Source: Craspedostauros australis
Lineage: Eukaryota
Reading direction: 5' to 3'
Length of the DNA: 32,568 nt
NCBI GenBank assembly: GCA_030167865.1
Contig: JALAGF010004044.1
Coordinates: 1 to 32,568 of the forward strand
A model generated the notes under the pieces. That model worked only from the letters and a program-made list of their open reading frames with translations. It was not told the DNA's origin and did no database searches. The position numbers were made by a program, and so were the translations under genes. Below, one piece after another: positions 13,938-24,916 of this stretch. Within the stretch, counting starts at the first letter, position 1. The number at the start of each line of letters is the position of its first letter.

Positions 13938-15473
13938 TCAATCGTATAGCTGGGGGAACCGTCTCTTCAATGTCTCCTGCGCTCGCTCCAGAGTAGCCAA
14001 TCGCCCCTGCAGGTACTGCTGCGCCAAAGGGTCGGTGGGGCTGGGATCATCTCCCCCCAGTCCCGACATCACCCTCACGCCCTCTGCCGCGTTGTCGATG
14101 GCAGCGTCTAGCTCACCCGTGATCAGCGCGTACATTTCCTCCTCCTCGTCTCCCATGCGGCTCAGCAACATCCTCAAGCTGGAGTCATTCTGCAGCGTAT
14201 CGATCTTGCATGCATTGCTGCCATCAAGGTCGCCATCCCCGCCGACAACCAACGTAATGGGCAACCGCCCGCCCGCCAACCGCACTGGGAACGTCTCAAA
14301 GTTGTACGGATTGTAGCCGCCATTATTTGCAACGAATCCATAGTTGCACAGCGTCTCCAGGTTGGGCAAAGGCCCGTACGAGATCTTGATCTCATCATTG
14401 CTACCGTCGTCGTCATCCTTGCCATTCCCGAACAACGATTGGAACATGCTTCCAAACATTGACGTCTCCTGTGTCGACGTTGGCAACGAGTCGTACGCAA
14501 CACGCAGATCAAGCACCTTGTCATCGTCCGCGTTCGCGCTGCCGCTGCTGTCCTCCCGTTCATGGACTCCAGCGCGCGTCTGAACGGTGCCGTCATGGTT
14601 GAACATGTCCAGCATGGGCGTCATGGCGTACCGACCATCGGGCAGGAAGTTGGAACGCGAATCCACGCAGGCTAGCGCCCACGGGTTGCCGGGAAAGAGT
14701 TTGTATCGCGACTCCTCCAATTCCAGATGCCGCTGCAGTTGCCGCCCATCGAATCGGGAGATGGTTTCGACTCGTTCGGGATTCCAGAACCGCGGCATGG
14801 TATGCTCAAAATTGGTCGGCAACAGATCGAACCATGGCTGGCGATTCACCGATGACTGTTGCGGATTGTCGGTGTATTCGTAGGCAAGACGTTCGGCCAA
14901 CGCCAAGGAGTCATCCTCGATGATGCAAGCGGTCAAAGGCACGTTCACGAGGCTGATGGTGCCATCGGTCTTGATGCTCAGCTTGCCGTTGCCGTTGCCA
15001 TCGTTGCCACTGGTGAGACCGGCCTTGTTGAGAGTCATGCAGCGGTACGATGATGTTTGGGTCAGCGAGATGGGCGTGTTGGCGCAGAAGGTCGGCACGT
15101 CGTTGGCTGTTGGTGAAATGATGTTGGCCTGTTTCACGATCAGATCGCGGGACGACAGCTCGACGAAGGATGGGACCTGAATGCCCTGCTCCGCGCTCCA
15201 TCGCAAGAACGACGTGAGCAACGGATCCGCCTTCATTCCAATGCAAACGACGGGATTGATGAATGTGCTAGTGAGCAGATGTGAAGATGGTGCGTGTTGA
15301 TACCGACTGCCGATGTAGTTTTGCGAGTCGGCGGGGGATCGGAGCTTGGGCTGTTCTTGTGTCAAGTCACAAAAGGAACGACTCGCGGTGGTGGCTGATA
15401 CACGATGAGTGGTGAGCGACAGGCGATGGGTGATGGGTGCGGCGGATCTTTCGTTCTCAAACGTCAGAACCAT
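13938..15473 (-). CDS. SET-domain protein-lysine methyltransferase, Rubisco LSMT/SETD3-like
   Basis: FLRWSAEQGI near the N-terminus, WALACVDSRS, AMTPMLDMFNHD (NH motif) and EIKISYGPLPNLETLCNYGFV. The start is uncertain (ATG 15473 or 15236), and the SET-N RG motif is poorly conserved. Confidence 0.85.
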   Translation of the reverse strand: MVLTFENERSAAPITHRLSLTTHRVSATTASRSFCDLTQEQPKLRSPADSQNYIGSRYQHAPSSHLLTSTFINPVVCIGMKADPLLTSFLRWSAEQGIQVPSFVELSSRDLIVKQANIISPTANDVPTFCANTPISLTQTSSYRCMTLNKAGLTSGNDGNGNGKLSIKTDGTISLVNVPLTACIIEDDSLALAERLAYEYTDNPQQSSVNRQPWFDLLPTNFEHTMPRFWNPERVETISRFDGRQLQRHLELEESRYKLFPGNPWALACVDSRSNFLPDGRYAMTPMLDMFNHDGTVQTRAGVHEREDSSGSANADDDKVLDLRVAYDSLPTSTQETSMFGSMFQSLFGNGKDDDDGSNDEIKISYGPLPNLETLCNYGFVANNGGYNPYNFETFPVRLAGGRLPITLVVGGDGDLDGSNACKIDTLQNDSSLRMLLSRMGDEEEEMYALITGELDAAIDNAAEGVRVMSGLGGDDPSPTDPLAQQYLQGRLATLERAQETLKRRFPQLYD

Positions 15474-15955
15474 GTCGGTGGATGGATGAATGAAATGGGT
15501 GCTCTATTCGTAGTATCGAATCACCCACCGCAGCGGCGTGCCCAGTAACGCGCAGTGACAAATGTTTTGTCATTTGGGTTCGATACCATGTTTTGACTCT
15601 ATCAACAAAACTAGATTGATAAGATTGTCCCAAGCAAAGATAGCTGTGAAGTTCTGCGCTGCTGAAAGTACACACAACTGGTACCGCACTGATTGGATCT
15701 TTCACTGGTGATTCCAAGCGCGCTCATCGTACTTGTAGTGTATTGTATTGAGTATTGTATGTATGTTTATTGGTTTGTGTTGGTTTGTTTGGCTTGAGCT
15801 GTCGGCAGCTGACTTCGTGCTGCGGGGCGCTTCTTGGCACGATCCAAGGCAGCAGGCGCTGGAGTGGTCGTCGCGTCACCATTGAGATCAGCTGAAGCTC
15901 GAGCCGCCTCAAACATCAACCCCAGGCACTGGGGTAGAGCATGTGCGCATTCTGC

Positions 15956-17668
15956 TTAGAACACAGGCTTCGGGCCACTGATCAGAGACTTACCTCTGAG
16001 GCGGCGAGAAGGGCAGTTGGTGGGTCTGTAACGCAGCTGGGCGATGCATCCAGAACCGTCGTATGTCACGCTGGTCTTTGCGATGTTCGTCCTTGTTACC
16101 CACAGGTCCGTGAGTCCATTGTGGCCGCTCTTCAGCGCAAGTTGTGCGAGCCCAGCGTCCGCTGACGCTGCCCCCACCGGCCAGAAGTTCATCTCGGGTC
16201 TGTCTTCGTTGTCGTCAATGTCGAGGAATCTTCCCATCTCAACTGTCACGCCTCCCAACTTCGCCGTGTCGAAGATGAAAGAAATGGTTCCACCTCCGCC
16301 AATGTCGTCAGCGCACGTCCTCTTGTTCTCTTGGATGATGAGGACCTTTCCGATCGGGACCTCTGGGCAGTTGGCGAATGGGTTTGCAGATCTGTCGCTC
16401 TTGAGCGGCGCGCCTCCAGCACCCACGCCTGGGCCTGGAACGGGGCAGCCTTCGTTGGGACTTCCCAGATCTGGATCGCCGTGATTTCCACTCTTGGCGG
16501 GGTCGCACATGGGGTTGTTGAATTGGAACTTGCTATGGTCGCTGGGATAGCCGGTTGGCTTGGATGTGTCGAAGACGCGGGCAGCTCCGGTGGATTCATT
16601 GCTGTTCCAACCGCTGCACGACATGGGGCTGGCAGGGTCAAAGTTGCAGTAGCAATTGAGCTGGCCAGTGGTGCACCCTTCCGATGGTCTCGGGGTGTAC
16701 TTGTTGCCAGCAGTACTCTCCGCCACGACCATGACTCCCTTCGAGGTCCACCATTCGTCGTAGATGAAGCCGGCGTCTGGAAGCTCGTTGAAATCGAGGA
16801 TTTCGATGGGGCAAACACCCGGAGGAAGGGTGCAGTTGGGCTTGCATCTGCTACCTGAGTTGTCGTTCCTGCCGCCTTCGTCGCATTCCTCACCAGGGTC
16901 GACGACTCCATCACCGCACGTCTCGGGAATGGGGATCTTGCACTCGTTGGTGCAGTTGTCGTTGTCGATCTTGTTGCCATCGTCGCACTCCTCGTCGCCC
17001 TGCATGATTCCGTCACCGCACTTGGCGTTCGTGCACAGGTTGGTGCAGGAATCATCGTTGATCTTGTTACCATCGTCGCATTCCTCGCCGGGATTTACTG
17101 TGCCGTCACCGCAGCTAGAGAATGGGGTGGGATCATCGCAGGTCGGGACGCACTTGAGCAAGTAGGTGAACTTGAGGACCGCGTATTCGAGGGAGAGGTC
17201 GGCATGACAACACTGCGGAACTTTGCCAGTTCCGATGGTCTTGTCGATGTCGGGATCACGCACGAAGAGGGTGACAACCGATTCAGGCTTGGTCTCGAAG
17301 CACTGTGCAGTGAGGGTTGCGCCCACGTCCTGGTTGGCCGCAATGTCGGCGAACATCTCACAGTTGACACCGCCGATACTGTTGTTCTCGGAGTACTCGG
17401 TGTAGATCTCGGCGGTGGAACTGCCGTCCTGTGACCACACGTTGTGGACCTTGAAGGAGACGGAGCTGGTGTCCTGGCTCACGATCTCGATTGGTGCTCC
17501 CGAGTATTGGAAGTCGCTGGAGTGGAGCAACTGATAGTCCAACGGGCATGGCTCCGAGTTGGATCCTCCGGTGTCAGAGATGGTGTCGAACATGCCAAGG
17601 ACGCCATTGCCGCCGATCTGGCTCAAAAGGAGCGACCCCAGAAGAGTCTTAGCCTTCATGCTGAGCAT
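15956..17668 (-). CDS. Secreted cysteine-rich mosaic protein with three Myxococcus cysteine-rich (DUF4215-like) repeats
   Basis: N-terminal hydrophobic signal (MKAKTLLGSLLLSQIGGNGVLG); Cys-rich domain containing VPQCCH..KCVPTC; three CGDG..GEECD(D/E)G..N..C repeats (17113-16832); Gly/Pro/Asp-rich C-terminal domain. A strong donor site (AG|GTAAGT) at 15993 means the last few residues may come from another exon. Confidence 0.82.
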   Translation of the reverse strand: MLSMKAKTLLGSLLLSQIGGNGVLGMFDTISDTGGSNSEPCPLDYQLLHSSDFQYSGAPIEIVSQDTSSVSFKVHNVWSQDGSSTAEIYTEYSENNSIGGVNCEMFADIAANQDVGATLTAQCFETKPESVVTLFVRDPDIDKTIGTGKVPQCCHADLSLEYAVLKFTYLLKCVPTCDDPTPFSSCGDGTVNPGEECDDGNKINDDSCTNLCTNAKCGDGIMQGDEECDDGNKIDNDNCTNECKIPIPETCGDGVVDPGEECDEGGRNDNSGSRCKPNCTLPPGVCPIEILDFNELPDAGFIYDEWWTSKGVMVVAESTAGNKYTPRPSEGCTTGQLNCYCNFDPASPMSCSGWNSNESTGAARVFDTSKPTGYPSDHSKFQFNNPMCDPAKSGNHGDPDLGSPNEGCPVPGPGVGAGGAPLKSDRSANPFANCPEVPIGKVLIIQENKRTCADDIGGGGTISFIFDTAKLGGVTVEMGRFLDIDDNEDRPEMNFWPVGAASADAGLAQLALKSGHNGLTDLWVTRTNIAKTSVTYDGSGCIAQLRYRPTNCPSRRLRGKSLISGPKPVF

Positions 17669-17675
17669 CGTGGTT

Positions 17676-17736
17676 GTTTGTTTGTTTGTTTGTTTGTTTG
17701 TTTGTTTGTTTGTTTGTTTGTTTGTTTGTTTGTTTG
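17676..17736. repeat. (GTTT)~15 microsatellite immediately 5' of the secreted-protein start codon
   Basis: Perfect tetranucleotide run, read directly from the sequence. Confidence 0.97.
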
Positions 17737-20697
17737 GTTAGCTGTGAAGTATTATGCAATATGTTGTTGTGTATAATGTGTCATAATACATTCGAGCGTT
17801 GCGCAGCGGTTTTGCATATTGCATGTGATGATAGAATGGAGTAGTCATTGCGTGGTGTGGCAGACAAGAAGTTGGGAGCGTGCTGCGTGAGGATGTTGCG
17901 GCAGGAACAGGTATGATGATACGAGACGAGCAGAGTACCTAGCGGCATCAGCACGAGCACAGTCGACACATTTCCGACCTGAAGCAACCTACATGCTGGA
18001 CGTCTCGTTTTATCTGTGTTGGGAGTATGCCGTTCGGTTGGGTTTTGAGTGTGGCTTCTGTGTGCGTTGTCGTTTGCTTGTTGTGAGCAGTTGCATTTTA
18101 TGAGCTGATGCCAAACAGAGGGTGGTTGCGCGTCTTCTCTCCCCTGCGGCGCTTCATTTATCACGCCGCATCGAACAGAATCGCAAACAGTAACGTGGTG
18201 CAGATGTGTTACCAAAGTGCCACGAACCACGGCCAAGGGGCAGAAGTCAACGCATGATGAGCTTCGGCGGACATGTCGCCTTTGGTGGTACTGCGCATCC
18301 AACACATATTGCGGTACTGAAATGAACGAAGCGCTCCACGCAAGTGTTGCCTACAACTATGGACCACGGGGAGAATGATACGAGGGTCGTTCATGAGGCT
18401 CTTGAATCGCGCCGCTTTCCCGGTCTGTTTGGTTGTGTGACCCAACCAAAATCAAACGAGACCAAACGACATTCAGCATTCAGGCGCGTATGTGAATCGT
18501 TGGATCGGCAATGAACGAACGCGACGATACCTTGCAGACTGCAACGATAAAACGCATGCAAGAAGAGGAAAGTCGCACCAGTCTCCTCCGCGCTCTTCTC
18601 TCACCGTCACATCGTCATCTGTTCCCCGCGATCAATTGTGCGAAACTCCTCAATTTGCACACTCATCTCACCCACGCTGTTTTCGTTCTCTCTCCGGTTC
18701 CAGGCGTCGGATCGTGCCCAACGGCGCTTTCGGTCATTGCGAACACGCATTCGTGAACAAAGAGAGGCGCTTGAGACGGCCATGGGCCACATTTGCTCTG
18801 ACGAATTGATGGGCAGCGGGCGCCAACACCCAGGGCTGCATACACGCGCGAACACTTACAAGGCAACCAGCCACAACACGACCGAACTGCACGTGCTCTG
18901 TCTTGGTCTTGGGTCTTTCCACCAAAGCCCCTGCCTAGTGTCCGTCTGTGGAACTCGACCCTTCTGTGAAAACATAGTCATGCGAGTCTGTGATCGTACA
19001 AGGTATACTGGGTACATCCATGCTCCTCTGGAGCTGCATGGGTTATTCTAAGTATAAGTACATACTCGTGTAGCTCGCAGAGTCGTAAGATGTATGGGCT
19101 CGAATGACCCCCCTCTGGTCAAATGCTGCGATAACGAGTAGATGGAAGGCCATTGTATCGAGCGATACGGTGACTGGTGCCACGGCATTCCATTCAGGCA
19201 CACCCCGTTGGATCAAGACGGACAATCGTTTGGGCCCTTGGCTTTCCCGTGAGGGCCACGGTTTTGGTGGAGTGCCAAATAACCCTCTATCCTTGACACC
19301 CTCCCAGGCACAAGAGGCAGATAAAGTACGAAAAGAGTAGAGCAGATCGCAGAAGCGTTTTGTACAGCGCGTAAATCAGGATGTGGCTCCACAACATGGT
19401 GTTCCATCATGGTTTGGGTGCTGCTACCGCCACCCTCGCTGATCGCGGAAAGGGGATGCTTTGGAATCGGGAAAAAGTGAGACAGGAAAATTGATCTTGC
19501 CAACTGAGCTGGTCAAAAAGTCATTTGCCAACACAACACGCAACGCTTCTCGCCCCATGGCAAAAGCCCTTGTTTTCTGCGAATGCGAATGAGGACTACG
19601 TTGCACTTCCTGTCAGAGCTACCTACTTTGCTATGATCCACAGTGTCTTCGTATTCAATGTCAGCGCGTCTTCGCTAATAAGTCCCAGGTGCAAAACAGC
19701 ATGTCCTTCAAGGCTCCAAAACGTACAAAGGGCGATCGTGAGACATGGGCGGATGTCGCGTATTCTGGATGCCCTTGTCGTTTTGGTGCATTGAACCTGA
19801 ATTAGTTAGCCGCGACCACGCTTGGCCACATCACAAGACACCTCCAGAGCAGTAGCTCCACAAGTCTCGGACATCACCATTGCACCGGTTTCATTTCGCA
19901 GGAACTTGCATCGTCGTCGAGTCTTGCGTTGAAGCCATAGGCACCTCCGAGCACGAACAGCGTACCCACCAGAAGAGAAGAAAGCGCGAGGAAGGAGCTG
20001 GTGGCCAAAGGCCTGCCTCCCGCGCGGTTTGTCCTTGTTCGCAGTTTCTTCAGCGGCGAGCAGAATTGGATCTTGGAATGGAAGGTGCGGTGAAATTATG
20101 TTCGAACGGCAAACATGAAATCAACCAGGTTGTATCGTGAATGGCTCTCACAGGATTCGACTTTGGAGTCACTTTGGAAGCCCTTTATCTAGGTTACTTT
20201 TTAGATTATGGAATTCCTTCGAGACACGAACAAGACACGAGTACGACACAGAGAAAAGTCACAGGATTCACGTTGGCTCGGACGGCGCAGGATTTCGCCC
20301 CCAAAAGAAGGTCGTCGATGATCTCCGACAGACACCAACACGGCACGGCAAAGCGACACGTTTCGGACCGTCGTCTCTGTCGCTGTTCGTGTTTTTGGTG
20401 GCTTGTTGTTGGTTGTTTGTGCCTGGGGTTTGTGCGTCTCTCCATCTGGTGGGGGCGTTCTTTGCTGCGCTGTGTCTGCGCTGCGAACTATTACGAGAAG
20501 CGCTCTCATCACGAACAAAGAACGCATCAAATCCCACCATCGACCGCCAAATCTGGATGAGCGCTTCTGTGCCACCGCGTGCTCTTCCTTCCTTCCTGCA
20601 ATCCAATCCAACCCAACCCAGCCCATTGACAGTCCATACCCATCACATTATAATCCCGTCCCGCCCCTCAGCAGCAGCGCTCATCGAGGCATGGACA

Positions 20698-23600
20698 ATG
20701 GCACCCTCCGCGGAATCATCATCGCCAACCACGATGTCGCCTGCATCCATCGAAGCAGAAGCGCAGGCGGCAAACAGAACATCGTCCACACCAGCACGTG
20801 AATTGCGTGAGACGAAATATCCTCACGCCTTGCCTGAGGAGCTGCGGAGAAATATCGCTCGAGCAATAAACTACGAACAATCGATGGTGGACCAATTCGC
20901 ACGATCAAGAAAAGGGAGCACGAGGTCCCCAGTAAACACCCTACCGCTTTCTACGCAAACGATTCCATCGGTGAATTTCGTCGCTGCTTCGAAATCCGTT
21001 CATTCATCCCTTCGCCTGGTCTCCCACCCATCATTCGCAGCCACAAGCAAATCATCCGAATCATCACTGCGCTTGTCGCAAATGCAATCGCTGCCACCTT
21101 CGCCTTCGCGATCAAACGTCACCACCGACACGACGACCAATACAAGCACGGCTTTGGCGATCGCAAAATCACCAGGGACAAGACCAAATCATGGTCTCAA
21201 TACCACCCAAGAAGACAATGCATCCCACCGAAATAGCGGCACCAGCGCCATGAAGGCGAATCCCGGCCCTCCTTGGACCCCACGAAAGGTGCTGCAGGCG
21301 AATTCAAGACCGCAGGTCCATTGTCACTCTTCCTTCGCATCTCCCATCACAGACACGAAGGTGGATCCAAAGCATCTCCATCCGATGTCCCCCTTGCCCA
21401 CCGGCTTCACAGCAACGCCCACAACTCCTGCGAAGAATGCTCAAGGAAAAATCATTGCCCCGCACTCTGACTCCAAATACCTGCAACCGCAGCAACAGCA
21501 GCAGCAGCAGCAGCAGCAATTATTGACGCCGAATGGACAACGTACTCGCAGATCGAGCCGTGGCCAGAAGAAAAAAGAGGCCCTCCGTGTGATCGCTCGT
21601 GTAAGGTACGACATGGAGCTGGTCCCGTACGTGAACATCAACAAGGCCTTGCTATGGGCAGTCTCTCCAGGACTTCCACACATCCCGACTCTCGGCGCTC
21701 CCTCCTTCGAACAACCTCCGTTCAGACAACAGCCACAAGCCGATGCGCTCGCAGACACACGCGCAGATGCGCTGCCAACGCCGCCAACAACGCCGAGGAG
21801 GATCACCCGAAGCTCAGCTGCCGCAACCCCCGCCCAAGCCGCACTTCGCGGATATGCTGGTGCGGACGCCGACGCCATGCACCTCCACCTGCAGACCATG
21901 CCGCTCGTCCAGACAACAGCACGAGACATCGACGGCCAATTGATCGATCATCATCAACAACAACAACAACAACAACACGTCAACGCTCTTGCACTGCAGC
22001 TCCTGGGTGACGAAAGCGTCGTCTGGGAACCCGCCAAGAGAAATGAGTGGGACGATTGCGTGTCGGAAATGACGTCGGTGTGCACGTCTGCAGTGATCCG
22101 CAAATTCAAGGGTGATAAGCCGTTCGTGCCACCCTTGTCGCAGGCATACATTCGGGATCGCGTGGACATTGACGATCCTTTGGAAGGATACCAGGTCCGG
22201 CACAAGGCAGGGGGCTGGTTGCAGGGATTTGTGACCTGGACCAACTTCACCACGTGGACGCACTTCTTCCGCTGGGACTCGCTGCATCCCGCGAGCGGTG
22301 TGCCTAGATCAGCGTCTGCTTCCTTCGACGGCAATGTGGAGAAGCACCAAGGTGCCTCCGACCTCGATGGCTCCCTCGCTCGCATGCTGGACCAGCAGCG
22401 CCGTTCAGGTGAGCCGTCCCACAAAGGCATCGTGTTCGAGAGCATCGCCGAGATCGGGTTGCTGGGCGGGCTTGGGTGCGGCGAGCTTCTGCTGCGGATG
22501 GCGCTGGCGTCGATCGCCCAGCATGAGCAGTACCGCTACGTCGTCCTGCAGGCCACCGATGGATCCAAAAAGTTCTACGAAAGGTTCGGATTCCGACGAG
22601 TTGGCGCTGTCTGCAGGTACGGCAAGCGAGACAAGGGCACGGAAATATTGCCGACCATCGACTCGCCCATCCAGGGCTACAGGCATTGGACCCACGCTAA
22701 CGAATCTCAAAAAAGCCTGGACTTGCATGGTGGCCCGAGCTACATGATGTGCCTGGATTTGACCATGAATTTGTCGGACGATGAGTCAAGACGCGTCTGG
22801 AGGCAAAGGCAGCTCGACTTTCTCCACATCACGATGAGCCAAGGCGCCGCAGAGAAGCCGACCATCGGACCGCTGGGACAAAGTGGCACATCCACGCCAA
22901 AGAAGAGACCCCGAGCACGCACATCGATATCCACGCCAACATCAGCGTCAGCGTCGCCATGGTCATCAAAGTTCCTGTCACCTTCCAAGAGGCGCCATCC
23001 CATGTCTTCCACCGCATCCTTGTTCCCCCAAGCGCCCAAACTCACATCCACGTCCGCATCTGTATCTGTATCCAGTCGGGATAGCGGCAGCACAGTTGGG
23101 AAAGAGAACGAAGAAGTCCGCCCTCCATCGCGGAAGCGCCGCAAGCTGCCCTCCGCTGTCACTGCGACTCGGACGCCCAGCATCCACACCGTCAGCATCG
23201 TTGCACCAACATTGCCACAGCCACAGCCACAGCCATATCCACAAACATCTTCAACTCCAATAGCGGCGAGAACAGCCGATACTGTGAGTAAGACCGGATC
23301 CAAGCGCCTGCCGGTCTTGCGTGGCGTCCGACGAAGTCCCCGATGCCTCAAGCAGATGTCCCAACTCACGCCCATTTCATCAGTGCAAGATGCCTCCTCC
23401 GAGCAACAACCCAAGAAGCGCGTAGCTACACTACGACTGCGGAAGACTGCCAAAGACACGAGTGCCACGACGAGCTGCAACAACAGCCGAAGTCGCAAGG
23501 CAAACGCTATGCCGTCATCTGGCGTTCGCGCAGATGCACCGACGGCCATGTCGAGCCCCAGCAAGGGGCATCGCAAGATCGACAAGCGGCATTTCATGAA

Positions 23601-23958
23601 GCAGAAGGTGAAGTCGTACCCACGGGACAGACCTCATTACTACAACAAGGTCGTGAAAGCAAAGAACGACAAGAGGGGCAGTTCGTCCGCCAGGAAGTCG
23701 ACCAGAAGCAGCAAGGCCAAGTACTTCTTCGTTGTGAATTACAACGAAGACGAGGAAGCGCTGCGACTCATCCCGATGGAAGCCAGAGGCAAATTGACTG
23801 GCAAGCGGTCAGGACGCCCACGCTACCAATGCGTAGTGGAGGACACCGACGAGAACTTCCTTCATGTCAAAGCCTCGGATTACGAGCCGGTCTCCGCTTT
23901 TATGGTTATGAAGACGCCGCTGGTGGCGCAGGAGGCTTGGGACATCCTCGGCAGGTGA
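20698..23958 (+). CDS. Large low-complexity protein with central GNAT-like acetyltransferase domain and C-terminal beta-rich domain; probably nuclear
   Basis: Part of ORF 20137..23958; likely start ATG 20698 (MAPSAESS), uncertain. GNAT motif A/B-like EIGLLGGLGCGELLLRMAL..YRYVVLQATDGSKKFYERFGFRRVG. Also poly-Q tracts, S/T/P-rich linkers and basic NLS-like clusters (PKKRPR, RKRRK). Confidence 0.75.
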   Translation: MAPSAESSSPTTMSPASIEAEAQAANRTSSTPARELRETKYPHALPEELRRNIARAINYEQSMVDQFARSRKGSTRSPVNTLPLSTQTIPSVNFVAASKSVHSSLRLVSHPSFAATSKSSESSLRLSQMQSLPPSPSRSNVTTDTTTNTSTALAIAKSPGTRPNHGLNTTQEDNASHRNSGTSAMKANPGPPWTPRKVLQANSRPQVHCHSSFASPITDTKVDPKHLHPMSPLPTGFTATPTTPAKNAQGKIIAPHSDSKYLQPQQQQQQQQQQLLTPNGQRTRRSSRGQKKKEALRVIARVRYDMELVPYVNINKALLWAVSPGLPHIPTLGAPSFEQPPFRQQPQADALADTRADALPTPPTTPRRITRSSAAATPAQAALRGYAGADADAMHLHLQTMPLVQTTARDIDGQLIDHHQQQQQQQHVNALALQLLGDESVVWEPAKRNEWDDCVSEMTSVCTSAVIRKFKGDKPFVPPLSQAYIRDRVDIDDPLEGYQVRHKAGGWLQGFVTWTNFTTWTHFFRWDSLHPASGVPRSASASFDGNVEKHQGASDLDGSLARMLDQQRRSGEPSHKGIVFESIAEIGLLGGLGCGELLLRMALASIAQHEQYRYVVLQATDGSKKFYERFGFRRVGAVCRYGKRDKGTEILPTIDSPIQGYRHWTHANESQKSLDLHGGPSYMMCLDLTMNLSDDESRRVWRQRQLDFLHITMSQGAAEKPTIGPLGQSGTSTPKKRPRARTSISTPTSASASPWSSKFLSPSKRRHPMSSTASLFPQAPKLTSTSASVSVSSRDSGSTVGKENEEVRPPSRKRRKLPSAVTATRTPSIHTVSIVAPTLPQPQPQPYPQTSSTPIAARTADTVSKTGSKRLPVLRGVRRSPRCLKQMSQLTPISSVQDASSEQQPKKRVATLRLRKTAKDTSATTSCNNSRSRKANAMPSSGVRADAPTAMSSPSKGHRKIDKRHFMKQKVKSYPRDRPHYYNKVVKAKNDKRGSSSARKSTRSSKAKYFFVVNYNEDEEALRLIPMEARGKLTGKRSGRPRYQCVVEDTDENFLHVKASDYEPVSAFMVMKTPLVAQEAWDILGR
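21490..21519 (+). repeat. Coding CAG/CAA run (poly-Q); a second CAA run at about 21955-21975
   Basis: Directly visible and in frame with the GNAT-like ORF. Confidence 0.9.
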
Positions 23959-24805
23959 TGCACGCCAAGTCATGCACGTCAGACTTCGTGGTGTGACAGG
24001 CGATGTCATGGTATTATGTCCGATGCAACTTTTCATGACATGTACCAACATTCACCATGCTGGCGCCAGGATGTTGCGAACAAACGCAGCGGATCAGCTC
24101 GTCACCGGCCAACCACCCCACTAAGAGGACTCCACTCTGCTCCACTCCACTGTTATTTCCCTTGCGGTCATCCCACTGTTGTACAAAGACAACGACGGAG
24201 GCAACAACGTCCACACATTTCAAAAGTCAACCACGGCATACCATACACATACAGTACACACAAATACCTACCACATATTTATATCATCTAGAACAGACAC
24301 CGCCACACCAATGCCGTCTTAACTCTTTTCGTGGTATAATATTCTATTCGCAAATGTACTCGCAAATGTGGCTCGTGGCGCACCATCTGGTCCTGTTGCG
24401 CTCTCACTCTCTTCGCTGTTTCTCGAGTTTGTGCGAGAGATGAAATGATGAATCGCGGAATCGACGGAGATGCCAAACTTCCAATCCGTCAGATGGCTGA
24501 CTGTAATCGTATTACTCCACGATGATGTGGGAAGACGAACAACAGGAAGTTATCGTGCATGCCTCCTTCTGCCACTGCCAAAGCCACTTCCCTCCGCAAC
24601 GGCATCCATCACCGTGGCTGGAGACGTTGGCACTCCTGGCAGCCTCAAAGAATACCGGCAGACTTGTCATCACAATGACGGAAGCGATCGCACCGCCAGC
24701 AATACTGCCAACATTGCTGCCATCACCAGCATCATCAGTCACGACAGTACGATATGGAGATGGACATCAGCAACAGGTCGCGGTGTACTTACTACTACTT
24801 CATAT

Positions 24806-24835
24806 GTACTCGTACTCGTACTCGTACTCGTACTC
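24806..24835. repeat. (GTACTC)5 hexanucleotide microsatellite downstream of the OSCA gene
   Basis: Directly visible, preceded by a short (TAC)n run. Confidence 0.9.
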
Positions 24836-24916
24836 GCGCATTATCGGCTAGCATAGAGCCTGGCGAATGCGCTGTTCCGCGTTTGTCGGCCTTGTTCGAC
24901 CAGCAGATGCAACCTA

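Noticed and set aside
20137-20697. N-terminal 187 aa of ORF 20137..23958, including a hydrophobic stretch
   Set aside because: It begins at GTG and has promoter/UTR-like composition; it is probably a fortuitously open frame upstream of the real ATG.
23959-24916. Short ORFs between the convergent GNAT-like and OSCA genes
   Set aside because: No motifs; consistent with 3' UTRs and intergenic sequence containing microsatellites.
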